DNA from: Gemmatimonadaceae bacterium
GTDB taxonomy: Bacteria > Gemmatimonadota > Gemmatimonadetes > Gemmatimonadales > Gemmatimonadaceae
Length of the DNA stretch: 64,000 nucleotides
NCBI GenBank assembly: GCA_040902085.1
Contig: JBBDXY010000002.1
Coordinates: 20,471-84,470, forward strand
Direction: 5' to 3'
The position numbers were made by a program, and so were the translations under genes. Positions 45,816 through 54,365 of the stretch are shown here, in pieces. Below the pieces are notes generated by a model. That model was not told where the DNA came from. It saw only the letters and a list, made by a program, of their open reading frames with translations, and searched no databases. Each line of letters opens with the position of its first letter. Within the stretch, counting starts at the first letter, position 1.

Positions 45816-46292
45816 TTACGGGAGCGTGAACTGTACGGTCGTCTCGACCGGGAAGTTTTCGCTCCGGAGGATCGCGACGGCGGTGAACGTGCCGTGGTGT
45901 CCAGTTGTCTCCCAGCTCTCCTCGAAAACCGTCTCGTCCTTGCCCTTCAGGGTCTTGCTCCGCATGGCCTGGGTGAACATGCGCCCTTCGCTCCAGCGCC
46001 AGATTTCCTTGTCGGCGGAATCCTTGACGATGAAGTCGTGGGTCTGGCCGTCGGGGAAGTGGATTTCCACCATCTTCTTGGTGTTGTTCACCACTCTGAG
46101 CGCGAACTTGAGCGACTCCGCATCATCATTCTGCCGAATGACATCGAACGTGGTAGCGAGGACTTCTTCCTTCCCGTCGAGGGATCCGCGGCTGGTGGCT
46201 ATCGGCTCGTTGTCGTCGTGTGCGAAAGTGCCGCGCACGGAGAAGAGAGAGGCGGCGGCTAGTATCAGTGGCAGGATTAAACGCTTTTGCAT
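45816..46292 (-). CDS. BsuPI-related putative proteinase inhibitor (secreted)
   Basis: Signal peptide, then LKFALRVVNNTKKMVEIHFPDGQTHDFIVKDSADKEIWRWSEGRMFTQA, which matches the BsuPI pattern. Confidence 0.5.
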   Translation of the reverse strand: MQKRLILPLILAAASLFSVRGTFAHDDNEPIATSRGSLDGKEEVLATTFDVIRQNDDAESLKFALRVVNNTKKMVEIHFPDGQTHDFIVKDSADKEIWRWSEGRMFTQAMRSKTLKGKDETVFEESWETTGHHGTFTAVAILRSENFPVETTVQFTLP

Positions 46293-46589
46293 TGACTTCG
46301 TTGAATTTCTTGCGGCGAGCGACAGTCGGCGGACGGATGACTCTCACGGAGCGTGAGACGCGCAACATCGCAACATATCAATTCATGGACGCTCAGTCAA
46401 CCGAAAAAGCAACTTGTAAGTTGGCGATGCGCATGCACTTGCGGACTGTTGAGTTTTCTTCGGCCACTGTTCGGCGTGCACCGCACACTCTGATAGGAAA
46501 CAGACATCCACGCGATATGAAATCGACATTGCGCGCTCCGATGAGATCGGTTTCAAGCGGAAGTGATCGGCAGCGGGGAGACGAGCGCG

Positions 46590-47867
46590 CTATCCGCGGC
46601 GCGGCACACGGACCGTGAAGGTCGTGCCGTCCGCCTCTGACGATTGCACACCGATCGAGCCCTTGTGCGAGTGAACGATCTGGTCTGCGATGTAGAGACC
46701 CAGGCCGAGATTTCCGGCAGCGCCTCCGGCGGAAGCAGCTGACACCCGCTTGCGCTTCATCGGGTTAAAGATTCCGTTCAGCTCTTCGGGCGGAATCGTG
46801 GTCCCGCGGTTGTGTATCGCGATCGTGACTGTGTTTTCATCGCCATGGACGTCTACGGTGGCGTTTGTCCGGACGGCGCCGTGCTCCAGCGCGTTGCCGA
46901 TCAGGTTGCTCAGAACCTGGCTCATGCGCGCGCAATCCCATTCACCACGCAGCGATCCCCGGGCGTCGACCTTGATTGTCCTGTCCGGATGGGCAGCCGC
47001 CATCTCGTCTACGACGTCGTGAACGACCTTACCCATGTTGATGTCCGCGCGCTCGATCGGGATGCCGCCGCCCAGGCGGCTTCTCGTAAAGTCGAGCAGC
47101 GCTCCGATCATCTTGTTCATGCGCTTGGCGCTGCTGGAGATGCGGGTCGTGAGCGTAAGGTGCGGCTCACTTAGCTCCTTGGTTTCGAGCATGAATTCGG
47201 CGGACATCATCACGGCACCAAGCGGCGTTCTCAGGTCGTGGCCGAGGATGGCGAGGAACATTTCCTTGGAGTGATCGAGGTCCTGGGTGTAGCGGGTGAT
47301 GGATTCAGCCAGCGCCTGGTCGATTGCTTCATTGAACCGCGTCAGGTCCTCGAGGTCGCTGGGCAGGATTTCGCCCTGTGATTTGGTCCAGAGTCGGATG
47401 ACGCTGGCGCGGAGGGCCCGGTACTCGGAGACCATCTGATCGGTGGTGAAGCCGCTCTCAGCGCGATCGGCTCCGTGGTGCTCCGCGGCGGTCTTCTCGA
47501 CTTCATCCGGTGCGTTCCCTTTCGATTTCTCGGCCTGTTCGTGCTCGTTCTGCGGGGTGCAAAGATCCTCGGCGATTACTGTCAGCATCGCGCCGGCGTG
47601 GTCGCGCAGCGCGGTGATGTCCATCGAGGTGCTGGCCGGTGCGCAGGTCCGGGCGAACGCTTCCCATTCCTTCAGGATCGACTCGCGCTCGGCAGTTATG
47701 AAATCGGCGAGCCTGATCCGCTGGCCAGCGCGAGGTTTTGGCTGGCCCGAAGCTTCGAGCTCCCCGTTTGTCTCTATCGCGAGCGCGAGGCTCGACTGGC
47801 CGCGAGCTGCGGTATCGTTGGATTTGCCGGGCGCTGGGCGCCCCAGGTGCGTTTCGGTGCTGGCCAT
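46590..47867 (-). CDS. Cytoplasmic sensor histidine kinase
   Basis: RsbRD-N-like N-terminus (FITAERESILKEWEAFA), H-box LGHDLRTPLGAV, N-box NLIGNALEH, and GLGLGLYIA. Confidence 0.8.
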   Translation of the reverse strand: MASTETHLGRPAPGKSNDTAARGQSSLALAIETNGELEASGQPKPRAGQRIRLADFITAERESILKEWEAFARTCAPASTSMDITALRDHAGAMLTVIAEDLCTPQNEHEQAEKSKGNAPDEVEKTAAEHHGADRAESGFTTDQMVSEYRALRASVIRLWTKSQGEILPSDLEDLTRFNEAIDQALAESITRYTQDLDHSKEMFLAILGHDLRTPLGAVMMSAEFMLETKELSEPHLTLTTRISSSAKRMNKMIGALLDFTRSRLGGGIPIERADINMGKVVHDVVDEMAAAHPDRTIKVDARGSLRGEWDCARMSQVLSNLIGNALEHGAVRTNATVDVHGDENTVTIAIHNRGTTIPPEELNGIFNPMKRKRVSAASAGGAAGNLGLGLYIADQIVHSHKGSIGVQSSEADGTTFTVRVPRRG

Positions 47868-48057
47868 GGAGGTTCCGCCTGCTGAGTACGGCGTCGCCAG
47901 AAGCGCCGGATGCTGTCTTCTCGCTACGACAGCGAGTACGCGGGCTGGCGAGAAAAATCCGCGTGGACGTAACTACACTCGAGTCTACTATAGTGCAGGA
48001 ATGGGCCCACTTGAGCTCGCTTGTGAAAAAATTCACAAGTAACTAAATTTCCTTTCA

Positions 48058-48315
48058 ATGGAAGACGAGAAACGGCAGGGACGCCCGCCCTCTCCTGGGG
48101 GTCTCTCCGGCGCCGATTTCGCCGGCGTCGGGCTCCAGTTCGCGGTCGCCATCATCGCTTTCCTGTTCGCCGGACAATGGCTGGATGACCGGATCGGAAC
48201 CAAACCCGTCTTCACCATCGTCGGAGTCTTCCTCGGCGCCGGTGCGGCGTTCTACAACATGTACCGCAAGATCACCGCGGCACAGAAGAAAGACGACGAA
48301 GCGAGAGGGCGGTGA
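48058..48315 (+). CDS. atpZ: AtpZ/AtpI-family small membrane protein
   Basis: Sequence GADFAGVGLQFAVAIIAFLFAGQWLDDRIGTKPVFTIVGVFLGAGAAFYNMYRK, positioned first in the atp cluster. Confidence 0.6.
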   Translation: MEDEKRQGRPPSPGGLSGADFAGVGLQFAVAIIAFLFAGQWLDDRIGTKPVFTIVGVFLGAGAAFYNMYRKITAAQKKDDEARGR

Positions 48316-48686
48316 GCACCAAGAGATCGCTCGGTGTCTTCGCCGCCGTCGCGGCAGGGATCATCATTGCGGCGACACTCGTTCTGCGAATGTTTTTCAC
48401 GACACCGGAGCAGCACTACGCCATGCTCGTCAGCGCTGGACTGGCTTTCGCAGTACAGCTCGGCGCCTACGCCCTGGTGGCGCCGGGGAAAACGGGGCAG
48501 GGGCCAGCCGGCGAGCTGATGATCCGCTGGGGAATGGGAGCCGTGATACGGCTGATGGCGCTGGTGTTGTTTGCGCTCGTGGCAAGAGTGATGCAGCTGC
48601 CGCTCGATGCGGCGCTCGTAAGTCTCGCAGTCTTTTTCTTTCTCACGATGATGGCTGAACCTCTCTTGCTCGATAATGTCCGCTGA
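48312..48686 (+). CDS. ATP synthase protein I-like membrane protein
   Basis: Four hydrophobic segments. Lies between atpZ and atpB with overlapping stop and start codons. Confidence 0.4.
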   Translation: MSTKRSLGVFAAVAAGIIIAATLVLRMFFTTPEQHYAMLVSAGLAFAVQLGAYALVAPGKTGQGPAGELMIRWGMGAVIRLMALVLFALVARVMQLPLDAALVSLAVFFFLTMMAEPLLLDNVR

Positions 48687-49524
48687 CGGCAAAGACTTCA
48701 TCACACCGCACATCGCGGACTCCCATCACCTGGAGTACCCATGCCTCGACACCGGGTGGGTCTGCTCGTACGAGCTCCCGCACTGGGACCCGATCCACAT
48801 CGGCAGCTTCGCGATCGACATCTCGCCCACCAAGCACGTGGTGATGCTCTGGATCGCGGCGATACTCTGTGTCGGAATGATGCTGCTCGCCCTGCGCGGG
48901 CATCGCCAGAAGACAGAGGGAGGACGGGCGCCGAAAGGACTCGCCAACGGGCTCGAAGGCCTCGTGCTCTACATCCGGAACGAAGTCATTCTGCCCAACG
49001 TCGGCCGCCATGGAAACGGCTACGTGCCGTTCCTCCTTACACTTTTTTTCTTCATCCTCTTCTGCAACCTGCTCGGTCTGATTCCCTACCAGTCGACCGC
49101 AACGGGCAACATCTCCGTCACCGCTACACTCGCGATCATCACGTTCATCACGGTCGAGATCGCAGGGATGAGAACGCTGGGGAAGAAGTACATAAACACG
49201 ATTGTCTTCTGGCCGCACGACATGTCGCTGCCAATGAAGATCTTCATCTCGCCGATCCTCACGCCGATCGAGCTGATCGGAAAGTTCACCAAGCCGTTCG
49301 CGCTGGCGATCCGTCTCTTCGCCAACATGATCGCGGGGCACATCGTCGTCCTCGCCCTGATAAGCCTCATCTTCACGTTCGGGAGCTACTACCTGGCGCT
49401 GGCGCCGGTGGCGATGGCGCTGGGCATCATGCTACTCGAGCTGTTCGTTGCATTTCTGCAGGCGTTCATCTTCACGCTTTTGTCCAGTGTCTTCATTGGA
49501 CTGATCCGGGAAGGTGCGCACTGA
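48676..49524 (+). CDS. atpB: F0F1 ATP synthase subunit a
   Basis: Has FALAIRLFANMIAGH (the essential Arg helix) and LELFVAFLQAFIFTLL. Confidence 0.85.
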   Translation: MSADGKDFITPHIADSHHLEYPCLDTGWVCSYELPHWDPIHIGSFAIDISPTKHVVMLWIAAILCVGMMLLALRGHRQKTEGGRAPKGLANGLEGLVLYIRNEVILPNVGRHGNGYVPFLLTLFFFILFCNLLGLIPYQSTATGNISVTATLAIITFITVEIAGMRTLGKKYINTIVFWPHDMSLPMKIFISPILTPIELIGKFTKPFALAIRLFANMIAGHIVVLALISLIFTFGSYYLALAPVAMALGIMLLELFVAFLQAFIFTLLSSVFIGLIREGAH

Positions 49525-49665
49525 CGCGGGGCCGGCTCAACTTCGCGTAGGTATCCGGCCGAGCGGCCGGAGAAGCTCGTTGGGACATTCATCGTCCCGG
49601 TGACGGGTGGCGGTCGAAAGATCGCGAGCATGACATATCACTGAGCACGAAAGAGGAATACAAGC

Positions 49666-49956
49666 ATGTCGACCATCTTTTCGCTGTTGCAGGTAATTCC
49701 CGGTACGGAAAGCGGGTATGGAGCTGGCTACACCGGCGCATGGGCGATGATGGGCGCCGGCATTGGCGCGGGTCTCGCCGTCATCGGCGCGGGTATTGGT
49801 ATCGGACGACTCGCCGGACAGGCGATGGACGGGATGGCCCGCCAGCCGGAGATGGCAGCGCGCATTCAGACCGGAGCAATCATCTTCGCGGCGCTCATTG
49901 AAGGGGCAGCACTTTTTGCAATCGTCATCGCGTTCCTTATTCAGGGAAAGTTCTAA
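49666..49956 (+). CDS. atpE: F0F1 ATP synthase subunit c
   Basis: GIGIGRLAGQAMDGMARQPE loop and IFAALIEGAALFAIVIAFL helix (carboxylate E). Confidence 0.85.
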   Translation: MSTIFSLLQVIPGTESGYGAGYTGAWAMMGAGIGAGLAVIGAGIGIGRLAGQAMDGMARQPEMAARIQTGAIIFAALIEGAALFAIVIAFLIQGKF

Positions 49957-49970
49957 GACACCGAGATACT

Positions 49971-50092
49971 CTTTTTGCGTTTTGAGTTGACCGTTCTTGC
50001 GTTATCCGTTGTTGCGTTTGAGAGGCGATCGAACAGGAGGCCAAAACGCAAAAACGGAAAACGCAACAACGGTAGACTCACGACGCAAAAAG
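49971..50092. repeat. Nested imperfect palindrome of three CCGTT-N-TTGCGTTT units followed by three inverted units (atpE-atpF spacer)
   Basis: TTGCGTT occurs at 49975, 49997 and 50012. AACGCAA occurs at 50045 and 50060, with a variant GACGCAA at 50082. Arms pair F1-R3, F2-R2 and F3-R1, each with at most 1-2 mismatches. Confidence 0.7.
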
Positions 50093-50125
50093 CAACCGTA
50101 ACTAACCAGTAGCCAGAACCATCCA

Positions 50126-50695
50126 ATGAACCTCCTAATCCTGTTCCTCCTCCAACATCCCGTCTCAACTGGAGCCACTCCAGAAAAGGTGAATCTGCTG
50201 TCCCCCAACGGCGGGCTGATGTTCTGGACTCTCATTGTCTTCTTCATCCTCCTTTTCGTCCTCGGCAAGCTGGTGTTCCCGCAGATCACGGCCGCGGTCG
50301 AAGCCCGGGAGAAGGCGCTCGAGGAAGCGATCGAAGGCGCCAAGCGCGATCGGGAGGAAGCTGCCCAACTCCTGGCCGAGCACCACCGGCAGATCGAGAC
50401 CGCGCGCGGGGAAGCGCAGAAGCTGATCGTCGAGGGGCGTCAGGTCGGTGAGAAGCTGCGAGCCGACATGATCGAGGAGACCCACCAGCAGCAGCAGGCT
50501 ATGCTGGACCGGGCGCGGCGCGAGATCGAGAGCGAGAAGGAGCGCGCCATCAGCGAGATGCGGCGTGAGGCGATCGATCTCGCCATCGCCGGCGCCAGCA
50601 AAGTCATCGAGAAAAATCTCGACGACCAGTCGAACCGGAAAATCGTCGAAAGCTTCCTGTCCTCGATTCCCGTCACCGAGACCAAGCGCGGATGA
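50126..50695 (+). CDS. atpF: F0F1 ATP synthase subunit b
   Basis: GLMFWTLIVFFILLFVLGKLVFPQI TM helix, then a long charged helix. The real start may be the GTG at 50189. Confidence 0.75.
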   Translation: MNLLILFLLQHPVSTGATPEKVNLLSPNGGLMFWTLIVFFILLFVLGKLVFPQITAAVEAREKALEEAIEGAKRDREEAAQLLAEHHRQIETARGEAQKLIVEGRQVGEKLRADMIEETHQQQQAMLDRARREIESEKERAISEMRREAIDLAIAGASKVIEKNLDDQSNRKIVESFLSSIPVTETKRG

Positions 50696-50726
50696 CCTCA
50701 CTTTCTTTGAGTGGCCTGGGGCCCGC

Positions 50727-51281
50727 ATGAACGACGCGACGATCGGCCGCAACTACGCCGAGACTCTGCTCGTTCTGGCGCAGCGGAACGGAGAGAAGGC
50801 GCAGGAGGAATGGGGCGCGCTGATCGAAGCGCTGGGAACCGCCATGCGCGAGGACCGGCGGCTCCGCACGTTTCTGGAATCGCCTAAGATCTCCGCCGCG
50901 CAGAAGATCGAGGTGCTCGGCAAAGCGTTGGGGAAGCGGGTGCCTCGCCCCTTCCTGCGGTTCCTCGAGACGCTGGTCGGCAAGCGGCGCCAGATGCTCA
51001 TTCCCGCGATTGCGATTGAATACCGCGCGTTAATCGACGAGTCGGAAGACCGGGTGCACGCCAACGTTACCGTCGCGCGCGAGCCGGCCGCCGCCGAGCG
51101 TGAGGCCTTGACCAAACAGCTCTCGCGGCTGTTCGGGAAGCGGGTGGTGCCCCACATCACGCTCAACGCGGCCATCCTCGGCGGCGTAATCGTAAAGGTG
51201 GGCGACACGGTCATGGACGGCTCCGTCCGCCGGCGTCTGGCCACCCTCAAGAGCAGGATGATCGCCTCGGCTACGCGCTGA
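50727..51281 (+). CDS. atpH: F0F1 ATP synthase subunit delta (OSCP)
   Basis: Start trimmed to MNDATIGRNYAETLLVLA. The C-terminus LGGVIVKVGDTVMDGSVRRRL is typical of the delta subunit. Confidence 0.75.
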   Translation: MNDATIGRNYAETLLVLAQRNGEKAQEEWGALIEALGTAMREDRRLRTFLESPKISAAQKIEVLGKALGKRVPRPFLRFLETLVGKRRQMLIPAIAIEYRALIDESEDRVHANVTVAREPAAAEREALTKQLSRLFGKRVVPHITLNAAILGGVIVKVGDTVMDGSVRRRLATLKSRMIASATR

Positions 51282-51351
51282 GGTCCTGAAAACGAGACTG
51301 CGACGGGTGCCGTTCCCAGCATACCTGGGGGTTTGGGCGTACTAATTGAAG

Positions 51352-51376
51352 GGCCGCACAGTCGGTGCGGCCTTTT
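51352..51376 (+). terminator. Rho-independent terminator after atpH
   Basis: GGCCGCAC-AGTCG-GTGCGGCC followed by TTTT. Confidence 0.65.
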
Positions 51377-51405
51377 CAATTCAGCTCAAAAATTCCGCCT
51401 TTCCC

Positions 51406-52800
51406 ATGAACCAGACACTCAAAGCGCGGCTCCGGGTGGCGTTGCCCTCATTGACCGTCGCTTTCCTTCTGTACGCTGCTCCGCAAGCTGCCGCACAAGA
51501 CGTGCGACCCGGGCTCCAGCCCGGACTGCAGCCAGGCCGGACTCCAAGCCCCGACAGCGCCCGCCCGCTGGCGCTGGCCGAGGCCATTCGCCTTGCTCTG
51601 CGCAATTCGCCGCAGGCGGTTCAGGCGGAAGGAAACGAGAGGACGAGCCGTGCGGCGAGAGTGTCGGCCATCGGCGCGATCATGCCCAGCGCGTCGCTCA
51701 GCGCTGGCCGCGTCTATCAGATCGGGGGTGGCCTGACACGCATCAATCAGAACGGTGAGCAGGTGGAGGTGGCTTCCGCGCCCACAAACAGCACGGGTCT
51801 CAGCATGAACATGACCCTGTTCGACGGCGGACAGAGGCTGTACGACCTGCGCACCTCGAAATCCGCAATCGAGGCAGCCGAGGCCAACCGTGTCGCGGTG
51901 AGATACGACATCGCGCTCCAGGTAAAGCAGCAGTTCTTTGCCGTGCTCGCGGCACTGGAGAGTCAGGACGCCGCTCGGGTGCAGATGGACCAGGCGGAAC
52001 AGCAGTTCCGGTCGTCGATCGCCAAGGTCAACGCCGGCGTCGCCACGCGATCCGATTCGCTGCGCGGAGTGATCCAGGTCGGCAACGCACAGCTCGCATT
52101 GATCACGGCGCAGAACAACCTGTCGAGCGCGAACGCCGCGCTTACCAGATTGGTCGGCTCGGAGCAGCCTGTGACCGCAGACCCAAGCTCCGTGCAGGAG
52201 AACATGGCCGCTCTTCCTGACAGCGGAGAGCTGGCGGCGCTGGCCAGGAACGGACCGGCGGTGGAAGAGGCGCGGGCCAACCTCGACGCGGCCGAGGAAT
52301 CGCGCAAGGCGTCGAAGGCGACCTACCTGCCTTCGCTGAGCGCAAGCTACTCGCGGAGCGGGAGCGGCGTGGATCCGCGATTCGGGTTTGGCAGCGATCC
52401 GTTCTCGTACAACGGGCGGCTGTCGTTCTCGCTCTCGTATCCGATTTTCAATGGATTCCAGCGCGAGGAGCAGGTGGTGCGCGCGAAAGTCGCGGAGACC
52501 AACGCCCAGGCTACGCTGAAGGATACCGAGCTCCGCGCGCAGGAGACGCTGACGCAGAACATCGGCACACTGCGGAGCGCATCGCAGCGGGTGGCGGTGC
52601 AGGCGGCATCGGTTGCCGCGGCCGAGGAAGACGTTCGCGTGCAGCAGCAGCGCTACAACATCGGCGCGTCGACGCTGCTGGACCTTCTCACCTCGCAGAC
52701 CGCGCTCGCGCAGGCGCAGCAGGCACTCATTCAGGCGAGGTACGACTATAGGATAGCGCGGGCGCAGCTCGAGGCACTGATCGGGCGGGATTTACAATGA
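51406..52800 (+). CDS. TolC-family outer membrane efflux protein
   Basis: Start trimmed to MNQTLKARL plus signal peptide. Two OEP-type repeats with LAEAIRLALRNSPQ and a YDYRIARAQLEALIGRDL ending. Confidence 0.8.
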   Translation: MNQTLKARLRVALPSLTVAFLLYAAPQAAAQDVRPGLQPGLQPGRTPSPDSARPLALAEAIRLALRNSPQAVQAEGNERTSRAARVSAIGAIMPSASLSAGRVYQIGGGLTRINQNGEQVEVASAPTNSTGLSMNMTLFDGGQRLYDLRTSKSAIEAAEANRVAVRYDIALQVKQQFFAVLAALESQDAARVQMDQAEQQFRSSIAKVNAGVATRSDSLRGVIQVGNAQLALITAQNNLSSANAALTRLVGSEQPVTADPSSVQENMAALPDSGELAALARNGPAVEEARANLDAAEESRKASKATYLPSLSASYSRSGSGVDPRFGFGSDPFSYNGRLSFSLSYPIFNGFQREEQVVRAKVAETNAQATLKDTELRAQETLTQNIGTLRSASQRVAVQAASVAAAEEDVRVQQQRYNIGASTLLDLLTSQTALAQAQQALIQARYDYRIARAQLEALIGRDLQ

Positions 52801-54350
52801 TGCGCGTGGAAAAATCGGATCGCGTTATGAGTTTACCGTTGTTGCGTTGTCCGTTTTTGCGTTTGGTTCTCTCGGGAATAATCGCAATCACGGCAATTGG
52901 ATGTGCGAAGAAAAAGGAAACGGCGCTGGTGATCGAGACCGCGCCGGTCGAGCGGCGCAGCATCGTGCTCAGCGCGCAGGCGAACGGCGTGGTGGAGCCG
53001 GTCACCGTGATCGAGGTGAAATCGCGGGCATCGGGGCAGATCACCAACATGCCGGTAGACGTCGGCTCCGTTGTGAAGCGTGGCGACCTGCTGGTGCAGA
53101 TCGATGCGCGCGACGTGCAGAGCCGCTATAACCAGGCGGCCGCGGAGCTCAACTCTTCGACTGTTGCGCGCACGGTCGCCCTGTCGCAGCGCAACCGGTC
53201 GCGCGATCTCTATCAGCAGAAGATCATCACGGAGCAGGAGATGGAAGCGGCGACGCTCGGGTTCGCCAATGCGGACGCGGCAGTGGTGAGGGCTCGCGCG
53301 GCGCTCGACATCGCCCGGCAGCAGCTCCAGGACGCGACCATCACCGCGCCCACCGCGGGCACCGTTATCGAGCGGCCCGTGTCCGAGGGAACGGTGATCA
53401 CGTCGGCGACCTCGTCGGCGAGCGGCGGCACGACGATCCTCAAGATGGCGGATCTCAGCAAGGTACGAATGCGGGCGATGGTGAACGAGACGGACATTGG
53501 CAACGTGCTGCCCGGACAAATGGCCACCGTGACGGTCGACGCGTTCCCCAATCGCAGATTTCAGGGCGTGGTCGAGAAGGTCGAGCCGCAGGCGGTCGTG
53601 CTGCAGAGCGTGACGATGTTCCCGGTGCTGGTGAGCCTCACCAATCTGGATGGCGCTCTCAAGCCCGGCATGAATGGCGAAGTAGTGATGGAGGTGGTGC
53701 GCAGGGACAACGTCCTCGCCATTCCGAGCGAAGCGGTGCGCACGATGCGTGATGCAGCGACTGTGGCGCCAGCTCTCGGACTCAATCCCGACTCGATCCA
53801 GGGCGCGTTACGCGCATCGTTCGCGAGCAGGCGTGGGGAGTCGGCCGGAGGACGTGTTGCGTCCGGCGACACCGCCGCCGGAGCTCGCCGCAGGCGAAGG
53901 GCCGCCGGCGATTCTGCCGGGGCGGGGGCGGGGGCGGGGAACCCGGCCGTGCGCAGGTTCGCCGCTGGCGGAAATTTGGGCGGAGCCGCTGGACAAACGG
54001 CATCCGCATTACCCGCCGCGTCTCAAGGTGGAGGCGGGGCGGCGGGGCAGGGCCCCGGCGGCAGCGGCGGCCGCGGGGGCGGGATGCAGATTGCCTTCGT
54101 GAAAAAAGAAGACAAGTATGCGCCACGTCCCATTCGGACCGGCATCAGCGACTTCGAGTACACTGAAGTCATGAGCGGGCTCGAGCTTGGCGAGCAGGTT
54201 GCGCTGGTAGGCGTGGCGGTACTGCAGGCGCAGCGCGATGCCCTGCAAGCTCGCATCGGTGCGGCTCGGAACACCGGCCTGCAGCAGACGACCCCGCCCG
54301 CCGCCGGCGCTGCCGGTGGCGGTGGCGGCGGTCGCGGGCCGGGAAGATAA
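52797..54350 (+). CDS. Efflux periplasmic adaptor (HlyD/MacA-type membrane fusion lipoprotein) with Gly/Ala/Arg-rich insertion
   Basis: ATGA overlap with the TolC stop. Lipobox AITAIGC. Has biotinyl-lipoyl, hairpin and beta-barrel signatures (VKRGDLLVQID, ITAPTAGTVIERPV). The low-complexity stretch spans about 53815-54090. ATG 52827 or TTG 52857 are alternative starts. Confidence 0.75.
   Translation: MMRVEKSDRVMSLPLLRCPFLRLVLSGIIAITAIGCAKKKETALVIETAPVERRSIVLSAQANGVVEPVTVIEVKSRASGQITNMPVDVGSVVKRGDLLVQIDARDVQSRYNQAAAELNSSTVARTVALSQRNRSRDLYQQKIITEQEMEAATLGFANADAAVVRARAALDIARQQLQDATITAPTAGTVIERPVSEGTVITSATSSASGGTTILKMADLSKVRMRAMVNETDIGNVLPGQMATVTVDAFPNRRFQGVVEKVEPQAVVLQSVTMFPVLVSLTNLDGALKPGMNGEVVMEVVRRDNVLAIPSEAVRTMRDAATVAPALGLNPDSIQGALRASFASRRGESAGGRVASGDTAAGARRRRRAAGDSAGAGAGAGNPAVRRFAAGGNLGGAAGQTASALPAASQGGGGAAGQGPGGSGGRGGGMQIAFVKKEDKYAPRPIRTGISDFEYTEVMSGLELGEQVALVGVAVLQAQRDALQARIGAARNTGLQQTTPPAAGAAGGGGGGRGPGR
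52834..52866 (+). repeat. Second locus of the CCGTTGTTGCGTT / CCGTTTTTGCGTTT element
   Basis: 32 of 34 positions are identical to the reverse complement of 50041-50074. Confidence 0.75.
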
Positions 54351-54365
54351 GGCGGAGGAATCGAA

